This document shows positions 33,708 through 43,567 of a DNA stretch of 64,000 nt, piece after piece. Location: the NCBI RefSeq assembly GCF_001898825.1, contig NZ_MKVK01000051.1; one strand, written 5' to 3'. Every line of letters begins with the position of its first letter. The first letter of the stretch is position 1. Source of the DNA: Magnetospirillum sp. 64-120. Lineage in GTDB: Bacteria > Pseudomonadota > Alphaproteobacteria > Rhodospirillales > Magnetospirillaceae. The notes under the pieces were generated by a model. That model did not search any database. It saw only the letters and a program-made list of their open reading frames with translations, and had not been told where the DNA came from. Position numbers and translations under genes: made by a program.

Positions 33708-34465
33708 AACAACTTCGTGAACGTCTGGCCTCCGGCCTGCCCTGCGTCGGGGGGTGGCTGGGCACGTCGTCACCGTTGATCGCCGAGGCCATGGCCAGCT
33801 GCGGTTTTCATTGGGTCGCCGCCGACATGGAACACGGCCAGATCGGTGTCGCCGACCTACCCGCCTTGTTCGCCGCCTGCCAGTTGCGCGGTGCGGCACC
33901 GCTGGTCCGCCTGCCGGGCCACGACCCCATCCTGGCGCGGCGCTGTCTGGACGCAGGAGCCCTGGGACTGATTGTTCCGGTTGTGCAATCAGCTTCGGCC
34001 TTTGCCGATTTCGCCACCCATTGCCTGTATCCCCCCGCCGGCCGCCGCGGCGTGTCGCTGTGCCGGGCCAATGGCTGGGGCGACAGCTTCCAGGACTATC
34101 TGGGATTCCGCCCGCTGTTGGTGCCGCAAATCGAAACCGCCGCCGGTGCCGCCGCCGCCCAGGACATCGCCCGCCTCGACGTGGTGGACGCCCTGTTCCT
34201 GGGGCCTTACGACTTGTCCGCCGATCTGGGCCATCCCGGGGATTTCAATCATTCGGACGTGGTCGTCGCCATGGATCGGGTGCGTTCGGCCTGTCTTCAG
34301 GCCGGCAAGCCGTCCGGCATCCACCAGGTGGCGCCCGACCCGGCCCAGTTGCAGGCCCGCATCGCCGAAGGCTATCGCTTCGTCGCCTATTCCACCGACA
34401 TCGTCGCCCTAAGGGCGGCCTTGGGCAATCCCACAACCATCGTCGAGAGCGCATTATCGTCATGA
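33704..34465 (+). CDS. HpcH/HpaI-family class II (pyruvate) aldolase
   Basis: In-frame ATG 33704 gives MKQLRERLASGLPCVGGWLGTSSPLIAEAMASCGFHWVAADMEHG. Metal and substrate motifs are ADMEHG, LLVPQIETAAG and LFLGPYDLSADLG. Confidence 0.8.
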   Translation: MKQLRERLASGLPCVGGWLGTSSPLIAEAMASCGFHWVAADMEHGQIGVADLPALFAACQLRGAAPLVRLPGHDPILARRCLDAGALGLIVPVVQSASAFADFATHCLYPPAGRRGVSLCRANGWGDSFQDYLGFRPLLVPQIETAAGAAAAQDIARLDVVDALFLGPYDLSADLGHPGDFNHSDVVVAMDRVRSACLQAGKPSGIHQVAPDPAQLQARIAEGYRFVAYSTDIVALRAALGNPTTIVESALSS

Positions 34466-35229
34466 CCCGCCGCGTCTGTGTCATCCCGGCCCGCATGGGG
34501 TCCAGCCGGTTTCCCGGCAAGCCGCTGATTCCGCTGCTGGGACTGCCCCTGGTCATTCACGTGGCCCAGCGCTGCCGTCTTTATGGCGGCTTCGAACGGG
34601 TGATCCTGGCCACCTGCGACCAAGAAATCGTCGATGCCGCCCAGGCGCACGGATTCGAGGCGGTGATGACCTCGGACCGCCACGAACGCTGCACCGACCG
34701 GGTCGAAGAGGCGGTGGCCGCCCTTGACCTGGGTCTGGACGACGACGACGTGGTGGTGATGGTGCAGGGCGACGAGGTTCTGGTCAGCCCGCAGATGATC
34801 GCCGAGGTGGTCGAAGCCCTGGAAACCCGCCGCGAGCCGGTGGTCAACCTGGCCAGTCGGCTGTATCGGCCCCAGGACATGGAGGACATCAACGCCGTCA
34901 AGGTGGTCGCCGCCCCCGACGGGCGGGCGCTGTATTTCTCGCGCGCCGCCATCCCGTCGCGCGGCCGCGCCCCTGACGCGGCCTGCTATCAGCAGACCGG
35001 GGTGATGGCCTTCGCCCCCTCCTTCCTGGCCCGCTTCGCCCAATTGCCGCCGACGCCGTTGGAAATCATCGAATCCTGCGACATGTTGCGTCTGGTCGAA
35101 CACGGCCTGACCGTACGGATGATTTTCACGCAAACCGAAACGATCGGCATCGACACCCCCGCCGACCGTGACCGTGGCGAACAGATGCTGCGCGACGACC
35201 CCACCACCTCGCTTTATCTCAAGGTCTGA
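34462..35229 (+). CDS. KdsB-family cytidylyltransferase (CMP-ulosonic acid synthetase-like)
   Basis: ATGA overlap at 34462 gives MTRRVCVIPARMGSSRFPGKPLIPLLGLPLVIHV... Further motifs are VVVMVQGDEVLVSP, VKVVAAPDGRALYFSRAAIP and GIDTPADRD, which follow the KdsB layout. Confidence 0.8.
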   Translation: MTRRVCVIPARMGSSRFPGKPLIPLLGLPLVIHVAQRCRLYGGFERVILATCDQEIVDAAQAHGFEAVMTSDRHERCTDRVEEAVAALDLGLDDDDVVVMVQGDEVLVSPQMIAEVVEALETRREPVVNLASRLYRPQDMEDINAVKVVAAPDGRALYFSRAAIPSRGRAPDAACYQQTGVMAFAPSFLARFAQLPPTPLEIIESCDMLRLVEHGLTVRMIFTQTETIGIDTPADRDRGEQMLRDDPTTSLYLKV

Positions 35230-35230
35230 C

Positions 35231-36271
35231 ATGAACACGCTTAGGGTCGGTATCGCCGGCTATGGCATCGTCGGCAAACGGCGCCGCCACTTCATCGACG
35301 CCCATCCCGCCTTCACCACCGTGGCGGTGTGCGACCGCACCTTCACCAAAGAAGGGACCATGGCTGACGGCGTGCGCTATTATCGCGACTCCCATCGCCT
35401 GCTCGACGCCGAAAAGCTGGACGTGCTGTTCGTCTGCCTGACCAACGACGTCGCCGCCGAGGTCACCATGGCCGGCCTGCGCCAGGGACTACATGTCTTC
35501 TGCGAAAAGCCGCCGGGACGGGACGTCGCCGATATCCGCGCGGTCATCGACGTGGAAAGCCAACACCCTGGGCTGCGCCTGAAATACGGGTTCAACCACC
35601 GCTACCACGATTCGGTGCGCGACGCCCTGGCCCTGGTGCGCTCGGGCAACATGGGCGGCCTGATCGACATGAAGGGGGTCTATGGCAAGTCGGCCATCAT
35701 TTCCTTCGGCCAAAGCGATTGGCGGTCAAAGCGCGCCATCGCCGGCGGCGGCATCTTGCTGGACCAGGGCATTCACATGGTCGACCTGATGCGCCTGTTC
35801 GGTGGCGAGTTCGTCGACGTGCACGCCTTCGTCTCGAACCGCGCCTGGGGCCACGACATCGAAGACAACGCCTATGCGCTGATGCGCACCAAGGATGGCG
35901 CTGTCGCCATGCTGCATTCTTCCGCCACCCAGTGGCGTCACCGTTTCCAGTTGGACATCACCCTGGAAAAGGGGTCGCTGATCCTGTCGGGCATCCTGTC
36001 CGGGTCGAAAAGTTACGGGGCCGAAACGCTGACCGTGGCCTGGGCCTGCGACAATGGCGCCGGCGACCCGCGCGAACAGACCACCCGCTACAACAACGAT
36101 CCGTCCTGGGCCGACGAAATCGCTGATTTCGCCGATGCCATCGCCCGTGACCGCCCAATCAGCGAGGGGTCGTCCGACGACGCGCTGAAGACCATGGCCC
36201 TGGTCTACAAGATCTATTGCGCCGACCCGGAATGGAAACAGAAATGGGGGTTGCGGGATGCCGAAGGCTGA
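35231..36271 (+). CDS. Gfo/Idh/MocA-family NAD(P)-dependent oxidoreductase
   Basis: ATG 35231 gives MNTLRVGIAGYGIVGKRRRHFIDAHP..., with VFCEKPPGRD (the EKP motif). 346 aa. Confidence 0.85.
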   Translation: MNTLRVGIAGYGIVGKRRRHFIDAHPAFTTVAVCDRTFTKEGTMADGVRYYRDSHRLLDAEKLDVLFVCLTNDVAAEVTMAGLRQGLHVFCEKPPGRDVADIRAVIDVESQHPGLRLKYGFNHRYHDSVRDALALVRSGNMGGLIDMKGVYGKSAIISFGQSDWRSKRAIAGGGILLDQGIHMVDLMRLFGGEFVDVHAFVSNRAWGHDIEDNAYALMRTKDGAVAMLHSSATQWRHRFQLDITLEKGSLILSGILSGSKSYGAETLTVAWACDNGAGDPREQTTRYNNDPSWADEIADFADAIARDRPISEGSSDDALKTMALVYKIYCADPEWKQKWGLRDAEG

Positions 36272-36995
36272 ATCCGCGCCGCTGGCCGGCCGTTGCGCCG
36301 TGGTCACCGGCGGCACCCGCGGCATCGGCGCCGCCATCGCCCGTCATCTGCTGGCCGACGGTGCCGCCGTCACCGTGACCGGCACCAGTGCCGAGGGTGC
36401 GGCCCAGGCGCCCGAGGGCTGTGGCTATGTGGCCGCCGACTTCACCGATCCGCGCTCTCTTGACGAATGCGCCGCCCGGTTGACGGAACTGGCTCCCGAC
36501 ATCCTGATCAACAATGCCGGCATCAACAAGGTCGGCCCCTTCGCAGAGATTGACCCCGCTGATTTCACCCGCATCCAGGCGGTGAACGTCACCGCGCCGT
36601 TTCGCCTGATCCAGGCGGTTTTGCCGGCCATGAAGCAGCGCCAATGGGGACGTATCGTCACCATCAGCTCGATCTGGGGCAAAATCAGCAAGGAAGGCCG
36701 CGCCCCCTATTCAGCGTCGAAATTCGCCGTCGACGGCATGACCGCCGCCCTGTCGGCCGAGGTGGCGCAGTTCGGCATCCTGGCCAATTGCGTGGCACCC
36801 GGCTTCATCGACACGGAACTGACCCGTCGGGTCTTGGGCCAGGCCGGAATCGACGAGATGGCCGCAAAGGTCCCTGCCCGCCGCCTGGGACGGCCCGAAG
36901 AAGTGGCCGCCTTCGTCGCTTGGCTGGCCGGTCCGCAAAACACCTATGTCAGCGGCCAGAACATCGCCGTGGACGGAGGCTTCACCCGTGTCTGA
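36258..36995 (+). CDS. Classical short-chain dehydrogenase/reductase (SDR)
   Basis: 245 aa. AVVTGGTRGIGAAIA, NNAGI and the catalytic YSASK. It overlaps the upstream gene by 14 nt. Confidence 0.88.
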   Translation: MPKAESAPLAGRCAVVTGGTRGIGAAIARHLLADGAAVTVTGTSAEGAAQAPEGCGYVAADFTDPRSLDECAARLTELAPDILINNAGINKVGPFAEIDPADFTRIQAVNVTAPFRLIQAVLPAMKQRQWGRIVTISSIWGKISKEGRAPYSASKFAVDGMTAALSAEVAQFGILANCVAPGFIDTELTRRVLGQAGIDEMAAKVPARRLGRPEEVAAFVAWLAGPQNTYVSGQNIAVDGGFTRV

Positions 36996-38058
36996 ATCCC
37001 TGGTCATCGCCTCTCATTGCGGTCCGTACCGCGTCGACTTCGACCGCGTTCCCGAGGCTTTGGCCGCAGACGGCAAGCCCTGTCACGTCATCGTCGATTC
37101 CCGCGTCGCCGACTTGCATGGCCAACGGCTGGCGTCCATCCTCGACAGTGCCGCCAGCGTGCTGCGCGTCGAGGCGACCGAGGACAACAAGTCGCTGGAC
37201 GCCTTCCCGCCCTATGTGGAACAGCTAGTCGCCCATGGCCTGCGCCGCGACCACGTGCTGTTGGCCATCGGCGGCGGCATCATCCAAGACATCACCTGTT
37301 TCCTGGCCTCGACCATGCTGCGCGGGGTGGACTGGCATTTCATTCCCACCACTTTGCTGGCCCAGGCGGATTCCTGCATCGGCTCGAAAAGCTCGGTCAA
37401 TTGCGGCGCCGCCAAGAACATTCTGGGTACCTTCAAGCCGCCACGCCGCATCGTGCTGGACACCCGGTTCCTGGAAACCCTGGACCGCCGGGAAATTCAT
37501 TCCGGTGTCGGTGAGATCCTTAAGGTGCACGCCATCGCCGGCGCCCACGCCTTCGACACCCTGGCCGCCGAGTTCGACGCGCTGTTCACCGACGACGCTG
37601 TCTTGAACCGGGCGATCCGCCGCGCCCTGGAAATCAAGAAGGGCTATATCGAAACGGACGAATTCGACACCGGTCCGCGTCTGGTGTTCAATTTCGGCCA
37701 TTCCTTCGGCCATGCCATCGAGGCGGCCACCCATTTCGCCATTCCCCACGGCATCGCCGTCACCATCGGCATGGACATGGCCGCCGCCATCGCCGCCGGA
37801 CTGGGGTTGGAAGACGGATCGGCTCAACACCGCATGCATGCGGTGCTGGCCGCCAACTACCAAGGCTTCGAGGATGTGCCGATCCCGTTGGACCCGTTCA
37901 TGGCGGCGCTGTCCAAAGACAAGAAGAACACCGGCGCCGGCCAGGTCACCGTCATCCTGCCCCAGCCCGACGGCGGCGTCGCCCGCGTGGTGGTGGCGGC
38001 CGACCAGCGCTTCCGCGACCTGTGCGTCGACTATCTGAACCATGGACGGCGGGCATGA
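36988..38058 (+). CDS. 3-dehydroquinate-synthase-like protein (sugar-phosphate cyclase / DHQS superfamily)
   Basis: GTG 36988 overlaps the SDR stop. Motifs are AIGGGIIQDITCFLAS, QADSCIGSKSSVN, GVGEILKVHAI, NFGHSFGHAIE and IPHGIAVTIGM, matching the NAD and metal-binding His motifs of the DHQS fold. Confidence 0.8.
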   Translation: MSESLVIASHCGPYRVDFDRVPEALAADGKPCHVIVDSRVADLHGQRLASILDSAASVLRVEATEDNKSLDAFPPYVEQLVAHGLRRDHVLLAIGGGIIQDITCFLASTMLRGVDWHFIPTTLLAQADSCIGSKSSVNCGAAKNILGTFKPPRRIVLDTRFLETLDRREIHSGVGEILKVHAIAGAHAFDTLAAEFDALFTDDAVLNRAIRRALEIKKGYIETDEFDTGPRLVFNFGHSFGHAIEAATHFAIPHGIAVTIGMDMAAAIAAGLGLEDGSAQHRMHAVLAANYQGFEDVPIPLDPFMAALSKDKKNTGAGQVTVILPQPDGGVARVVVAADQRFRDLCVDYLNHGRRA

Positions 38059-38999
38059 GCGCGCCGCGCCGTATCGCCGTCGCCTCGCGGTCGTTTTCCC
38101 GCCATCCGCTGCTGCGGGCCGAGCTGATCGCCGCCCACCCCCAGGCCCAGATCACCTTCAACGATGCCGGAAAGTCCCTGGCCGGGGCCGAACTGATCGC
38201 TTTTCTTGCCGGTCATGACCATGCCATCACCGCGCTGGAACGCCTTGATGCCGACACCCTGGCCGCCCTGCCCGAGCTGGAAGCCATCGGCAAATACGGC
38301 GTCGGCCTGGACATGATCGACCTGGACAGCATGCGCCGGTTGGGCAAGCGCCTGGGCTGGACCGGCGGCGTCAACCGCCGTTCGGTCACCGAACTGGTTC
38401 TGTCCGCCGCCATCGCCCTGTTACGCCGCGTGCCCGAAGCCAATCTGGAAGTGCGCAGCGGCACCTTCCGCCAACTCATGGGCCGCCACCTGTCGGACCG
38501 CGTCGTCGGCATCGTCGGCTGCGGCCATATCGGCAAGGATTTGGCGGCCATTCTGGTGCAAGCCTTTAACTGTACCGTGCTGGCTCACGACATCTTGGAC
38601 TTCCCCGAATTCTACGCCCGCCACGGTATCGTCAAAAGCGGCCTGGACGACCTGTTGCGCCAGGCTGACGTAGTTACCTTGCACTTGCCCCTGGATTCCT
38701 CGACCCGTCTTATTTTGAATGCAGAACGTCTGGCGCTGATGCGCCCGGACGCCATCTTGATCAATGCCGCGCGAGGTGGATTGGTGGACGAGGCGGCGCT
38801 GAAGGCCATGCTGAAGGACGGGCGGCTGGCCGGGGCCGCCTTCGACGTGTTCGACCCCGAACCGCCGCTGGATGCCGAGCTTCTGAACCTGCCCAATTTC
38901 CTGGCCACCCCCCATATCGGCGGCAGCGCCGAGGAAGCGGTCATCCTGATGGGCCGGGCCGCCATCCGCGGACTGACCGACAACCGGGTGCCCGACTGA
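38055..38999 (+). CDS. D-isomer-specific 2-hydroxyacid dehydrogenase (PGDH/GyaR-like)
   Basis: ATGA overlap at 38055. Motifs are VGIVGCGHIGKDLA, LINAARGGLVDEAAL and TPHIGGSAEEA (catalytic His). Confidence 0.88.
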   Translation: MSAPRRIAVASRSFSRHPLLRAELIAAHPQAQITFNDAGKSLAGAELIAFLAGHDHAITALERLDADTLAALPELEAIGKYGVGLDMIDLDSMRRLGKRLGWTGGVNRRSVTELVLSAAIALLRRVPEANLEVRSGTFRQLMGRHLSDRVVGIVGCGHIGKDLAAILVQAFNCTVLAHDILDFPEFYARHGIVKSGLDDLLRQADVVTLHLPLDSSTRLILNAERLALMRPDAILINAARGGLVDEAALKAMLKDGRLAGAAFDVFDPEPPLDAELLNLPNFLATPHIGGSAEEAVILMGRAAIRGLTDNRVPD

Positions 39000-39027
39000 T
39001 CGTCGCCGCGACAGGAGAAATACCGCC

Positions 39028-40722
39028 ATGCGATCGGTATTGCGCAAGCTGGAGCAAGTAGCCCGCGATCCGGTGCTGCGGCGCTATTTGGGTCGCCGGC
39101 TGCTGGGTCGGGTGACGGCGCCACCCATGCTGGCCGCCGGCAGCCACCCGGCTTATCTGTCCGTTCCCGTGTCTTTTTCCGCCGCCTGCGCACCCTGGCT
39201 GCGGCCGGCCGCCGCCCCGGCCGAGCCGGATGCCCCTCTGCGCCTGGATCTGCCGGGCGAAACCGTGGTGCTGAGCCAGCCGTCGCAAGCCTTCGGCCGG
39301 ACTTTTGCCGACATCGAGACCGAAGCGGCCTTGCACCGCTTCGCCTGGCTGCCGCTTAATCCTGACGTTTCACCGGATTGGCTTTGGGCATTGTGGCACC
39401 AGTGGTGCCAGCGCCACGCGGACGGCTGGGACGGGCTGGCATGGGAGGCCTATACCGCCGCCGAACGGGTGTGCATCCTGTTGGATTACGCCCGCCGCCA
39501 CGGCGTGCCGGCACCGCAGGACGATTTTCTGACCGTTCTGGCCGGTCATGCCCCGCGCATCCTGGCGCGGCTGGAATACCAAGGCGAATCCGCCACCCAC
39601 AACCATCTGGCCAATAACGGTCGCGGATTGTACCGGCTGGGGGTGGAACTGGGCATCGATGAGGCCGCCCAGGCCGGTCTCGCCATCCTGGAAGCCGAGG
39701 CCGACAGGCTGCTGCTGCCCTCGGGCCTGCTGCGCGAGGGATCAAGCCATTACCACTTCCTTTATCTGCGCAATTACGCCGACGTCTGGTTTTGCGCCCG
39801 CCGCCACGCCCGCCCCGAAACCGACAGGCTGGAAGCGCTGACCCGACGGCTGGCCACCCCCGCTCGGTCTTTGGTTCTGCCCGGCGGCATGCCGTTGATC
39901 GGCGACATTTCCCCCGATTCGCCCCCCGATCATCTGGCGGGATTGTGGACCGGACAGTTCGGCCAAGGCTGGACCGCCGGCTTGGCCGACGACGAAATCA
40001 AAAGCCTGGAAGGTCTTCTGGGCACATTGCCGGCTTCCGACCCCGCCTTGGCGGCAGCCGACGGCTTCCTGCGGCTACAGGACGGCGACTGGGCCCTGCT
40101 GGCCCGCGCCGAACCGGGCGGATGGCCGTTCTATCCGGGGCACGCTCATCAGGATATGGGCAGTTTCGAACTGCATCACGGCACGTTGCCGGTGATCGTC
40201 GATCCTGGTCGTGGCGGCTATGGTGAAAGCGGCGATGCCGCCTTCTATCGCTCAGCCGCCGCCCACAATGGCATCACCCTGGCGGATGCCGACCCTTATC
40301 CGGCGAACAAGCCTTATTTCGACGACCGCTTCCGCCATGACGTCGCCGGCCCGGCACCTGAAGTCAGGCTTTGCTCCCAATCGACCACCATCGCCTTTAC
40401 CGGATATTGTCGTTTTGGGATCGGAACAGTGTCCCGGACCCTGACCCTGGACCAGGATCGCCTGATCATCACCGACCATGTGGACGGGAAAGGACGCCAC
40501 CCCCTGGTCCGGCGGTTTCATACCCCGCTCGACATCCGTCTCGAATCCGGCGGTGTGATCCTTGGACAGCGGTTCCGCTTGAGCGCGACGGGGACGACGA
40601 TCACAATCGAGCCGAGAACCCTGTGGACCTCGTATGGCCGTGGCCGCCCCGGCCATGCGGTCGTACTGACCCAGAACGCCGCCCTGCCCTGGAGCGGCCA
40701 AACCATCATCGAGGTCATCTGA
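39028..40722 (+). CDS. Heparinase II/III-family protein
   Basis: 564 aa. The N-terminal region is alpha-rich. The C-terminal part has GHAHQDMGSFELHHGTLPVIVDPGRGGY...YRSAAAHNGITL, typical of the Hepar_II_III domain. Confidence 0.75.
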   Translation: MRSVLRKLEQVARDPVLRRYLGRRLLGRVTAPPMLAAGSHPAYLSVPVSFSAACAPWLRPAAAPAEPDAPLRLDLPGETVVLSQPSQAFGRTFADIETEAALHRFAWLPLNPDVSPDWLWALWHQWCQRHADGWDGLAWEAYTAAERVCILLDYARRHGVPAPQDDFLTVLAGHAPRILARLEYQGESATHNHLANNGRGLYRLGVELGIDEAAQAGLAILEAEADRLLLPSGLLREGSSHYHFLYLRNYADVWFCARRHARPETDRLEALTRRLATPARSLVLPGGMPLIGDISPDSPPDHLAGLWTGQFGQGWTAGLADDEIKSLEGLLGTLPASDPALAAADGFLRLQDGDWALLARAEPGGWPFYPGHAHQDMGSFELHHGTLPVIVDPGRGGYGESGDAAFYRSAAAHNGITLADADPYPANKPYFDDRFRHDVAGPAPEVRLCSQSTTIAFTGYCRFGIGTVSRTLTLDQDRLIITDHVDGKGRHPLVRRFHTPLDIRLESGGVILGQRFRLSATGTTITIEPRTLWTSYGRGRPGHAVVLTQNAALPWSGQTIIEVI

Positions 40723-42603
40723 ATGTGCGGTCTGGTCGGTATTTTCCATCCCCACGGCACCCAGCCGATGGCGGCGGACGTGAACGCCATGCTGGCGGTG
40801 ATCCGCCATCGCGGCCCCGACGGCACCGGCATCCATGTTTCCGACGACCGGCGCTTTGTCGGCGGATTCAGCCGCTTGGCCATCATCGACCTGGCCACCA
40901 GCAACCAGCCGCTGGTCCAACAGGGTGGACAGCGGGTGCTGCTGGGCAATGGGGAAATCTATAATTTCCTGGAATTGCGGGCCGAGCTGGAAACCCTGGG
41001 CTATGTCTTTTCCACCCACGGCGACATGGAACCGGCGCTGAACGCCGAAGCGCAATGGGGACCGGACTTCCTGGAGCGGCTGAACGGCATGTTCGCCCTG
41101 GCGGTTTACCGCCGCGACAGCCATTCGTTGCTGCTGGCCCGCGACCGGTTGGGCATCAAGCCGCTTTACTGGGCTCGGACGGACAGCGGCGCCTTATTGT
41201 TCGCCAGCGAAATCAAGGCGCTGTTCGCGTCGGGCCTGATCCGCCCGGCCATTGACGAAAGCGTCCTGGACAGTTGGCTGCTGCATGGCTATGTGCCCGG
41301 CGAGCGCTGCCTTTATGCCGGTGTGCACAAGCTGCCGCCCGGCCACCGGCTTGACATCGACGCCACCGGCACCGTGACCGTCACCCGCTGGTGGCAGCCG
41401 CACGCCGCCGCCATCACCTATGAAAGCGACGACCACGCCCGTGATTCCCTGCTGGCGCTTTTGGAAGATTCCGTCCGCCTGCAATTGCAAAGCGACGTCC
41501 CGCTGGGGGTGCTGCTGTCGGGTGGCCTTGATTCCGGCCTGATCACCGCCCTGGCGGCCAAGAACAGTTCCCGCCCGCTGCATACCTACACCGTCCGCTT
41601 CACCGGGGCATCCCGCGACGAATCACCGCTGGCAGCCCTGGTGGCAAAACGTTACGGTGCCGTACACACCTGTTTCGACCTGGGGCTGGAACAGGTGACC
41701 GAGCACTTGACCGCCTTGGCCTGGCATTGCGAGGAACCGCTGTCCGACGCCAGCCTGTTGCCCAACCATTTGATCAACCATGTCTTGGGACGCGACATCC
41801 GCGTGGTGCTGAACGGAACCGGCGGCGACGAATTGTTCGCCGGCTATGGCCGCTATTTTTCCCTGCCGCAAGAGACGGCCTGGCGGCGTTTGCCCCGCTC
41901 CCTGCGCCGCTCGGCCCTGCCGCTGATCGGCCTGCTGGCGCCGTCCCGCCGCTGGCAATTGCAGCGGGCCGAGTCCTGGGACGACGATCCCGGTGCCTAT
42001 CTGGCCGGACACAGCACCCAATTTCCGACGCCGTGGGTCCGCCGATTGGGCCGGCAGCCGGCGGCCGCGGCCCAAAGTGCCGCCTTCGACCTTTGGCAGG
42101 GCGACCGCCAGGGCGGCCTGCTGGCCGCCGACATCCAGACCTATTTGCCCGAGGATCTGCTGCTTTTGCTGGATCGCACCACCATGGCGGCCAGCGTCGA
42201 AGGCCGGGTTCCCTTCCTTGATCACCGGCTGGTGGAAGCCGCCTTGGCCTTGCCCGCCGCCTTGCGCACCCCCGGCAACCGGCAAAAGGGGCTGCAACGG
42301 CGGATGGCCGCAACCATGCTGCCCGCCGAAGTGCTGAACGCCCCCAAGCAGGGCTTCGCCTCGCCGGTCCCCAATTGGATGGGTGGCAGCCTGCTGCCCG
42401 TTGCCCGACGCCTGCTGACCAGCCGTCGGAGCCGCCAACGCGGCTGGTTCCGGGCTGAGGGCATCGATGCGCTGTTGGCGGATCCGGTGACTAATGCTTT
42501 CCGCCTTTACGCCCTGACCATGTTGGAACTCAGCGTGCGCATCCACGTGGACGCCCAGGCCCGCTCGGTCCCCAGCCTAACGGACATCCTTGACGATGAA
42601 TGA
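40723..42603 (+). CDS. Asparagine synthase (glutamine-hydrolysing)-family amidotransferase, AsnB/WbpS-like
   Basis: MCGLVGIF has the Ntn Cys2. GNGEIYNF is present, and the PP-loop is LLSGGLDSGLITAL. 626 aa. The start immediately follows the upstream stop. Confidence 0.9.
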   Translation: MCGLVGIFHPHGTQPMAADVNAMLAVIRHRGPDGTGIHVSDDRRFVGGFSRLAIIDLATSNQPLVQQGGQRVLLGNGEIYNFLELRAELETLGYVFSTHGDMEPALNAEAQWGPDFLERLNGMFALAVYRRDSHSLLLARDRLGIKPLYWARTDSGALLFASEIKALFASGLIRPAIDESVLDSWLLHGYVPGERCLYAGVHKLPPGHRLDIDATGTVTVTRWWQPHAAAITYESDDHARDSLLALLEDSVRLQLQSDVPLGVLLSGGLDSGLITALAAKNSSRPLHTYTVRFTGASRDESPLAALVAKRYGAVHTCFDLGLEQVTEHLTALAWHCEEPLSDASLLPNHLINHVLGRDIRVVLNGTGGDELFAGYGRYFSLPQETAWRRLPRSLRRSALPLIGLLAPSRRWQLQRAESWDDDPGAYLAGHSTQFPTPWVRRLGRQPAAAAQSAAFDLWQGDRQGGLLAADIQTYLPEDLLLLLDRTTMAASVEGRVPFLDHRLVEAALALPAALRTPGNRQKGLQRRMAATMLPAEVLNAPKQGFASPVPNWMGGSLLPVARRLLTSRRSRQRGWFRAEGIDALLADPVTNAFRLYALTMLELSVRIHVDAQARSVPSLTDILDDE

Positions 42604-43567
42604 CGACAGCCGTCCCCGCGCCGATGTCAGCGTCATCATGCCGGCCTACAACAACCAGGACAGCATCGTCGCCGCCCTGACCAGCATCGCCGCCCAGACC
42701 ACCCTGCCGCACGAGGTGATCGTCGTCGATGACGGATCCACCGACGGTACCATCGCCGCTGTCCGATCCATGCATGGACGCATGAACGGTGTCCGCCTAA
42801 GACTGTTCCGGCAGCAAAACAACGGCGCGGGGGCGGCGCGCAACCGGGCCATCTGGGCGTCCACCGGAACTTGGCTGGCCTTCCTGGACGCCGACGACCA
42901 ATGGCTGCCGACCAAGCTTGAACGGTCCATGGCCGTCAACTTCGCCCAAGACCTGCTGATGAGCTGCCACAATCTTTACGGGGTCGGCAAGAACGGCGAA
43001 CACGTCATCGACAGCCGATCCCGGTGGGCCAGCAATCCCGGCGACCCTTACGGGACTTTGTTTCTGCGCGGCTTCATCTCGTCTTCCACCGTGGTGGTGC
43101 GCCGCGACGTGACCGTCGCCGTCGGCGGTTTCGACACCGGCCTGCGCTCGGCCCAGGATTACGAATTGTGGCTGGCGATCCTGGACCGGGCCGGAACCCG
43201 CTTCGTCTGCTTCGACGAACCCTTGCTGCGCTACACCCTGGCCGAGGACGGCATCACCAGCAAGGTCGGGCGCAAGATCGCCTGTTCATTGGCCATTTTG
43301 CGCCGTCACATGGGAATATTGAAGCGCCACGGCGGTGCGGTGATCGTTCCGGTGCTGACCCGCACCGCCATCATCCAGGTCGAAGCATGGCGCAATTACC
43401 GGGCCCAAGGCCGCTTCCTGGCCGCCCTGGCACAACTGGCCTTGCTGCCCTGGCGTCTGCTGGAAATGTTGGTCCGCCTGCCCTTCGCCGATGGTCGGCG
43501 CCCCGACTTCCTGTCCCGATTGATCCCAGCCGAAGAGGTGGACCTGACCGCGGATCCGACGCCATGA
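42596..43567 (+). CDS. GT2-family glycosyltransferase
   Basis: VSVIMPAYNNQDSIVAALTSIAAQTTLPHEVIVVDDGSTDGT and FLDADD. The start may be TTG 42590 or ATG 42596. Confidence 0.88.
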   Translation: MNDDSRPRADVSVIMPAYNNQDSIVAALTSIAAQTTLPHEVIVVDDGSTDGTIAAVRSMHGRMNGVRLRLFRQQNNGAGAARNRAIWASTGTWLAFLDADDQWLPTKLERSMAVNFAQDLLMSCHNLYGVGKNGEHVIDSRSRWASNPGDPYGTLFLRGFISSSTVVVRRDVTVAVGGFDTGLRSAQDYELWLAILDRAGTRFVCFDEPLLRYTLAEDGITSKVGRKIACSLAILRRHMGILKRHGGAVIVPVLTRTAIIQVEAWRNYRAQGRFLAALAQLALLPWRLLEMLVRLPFADGRRPDFLSRLIPAEEVDLTADPTP

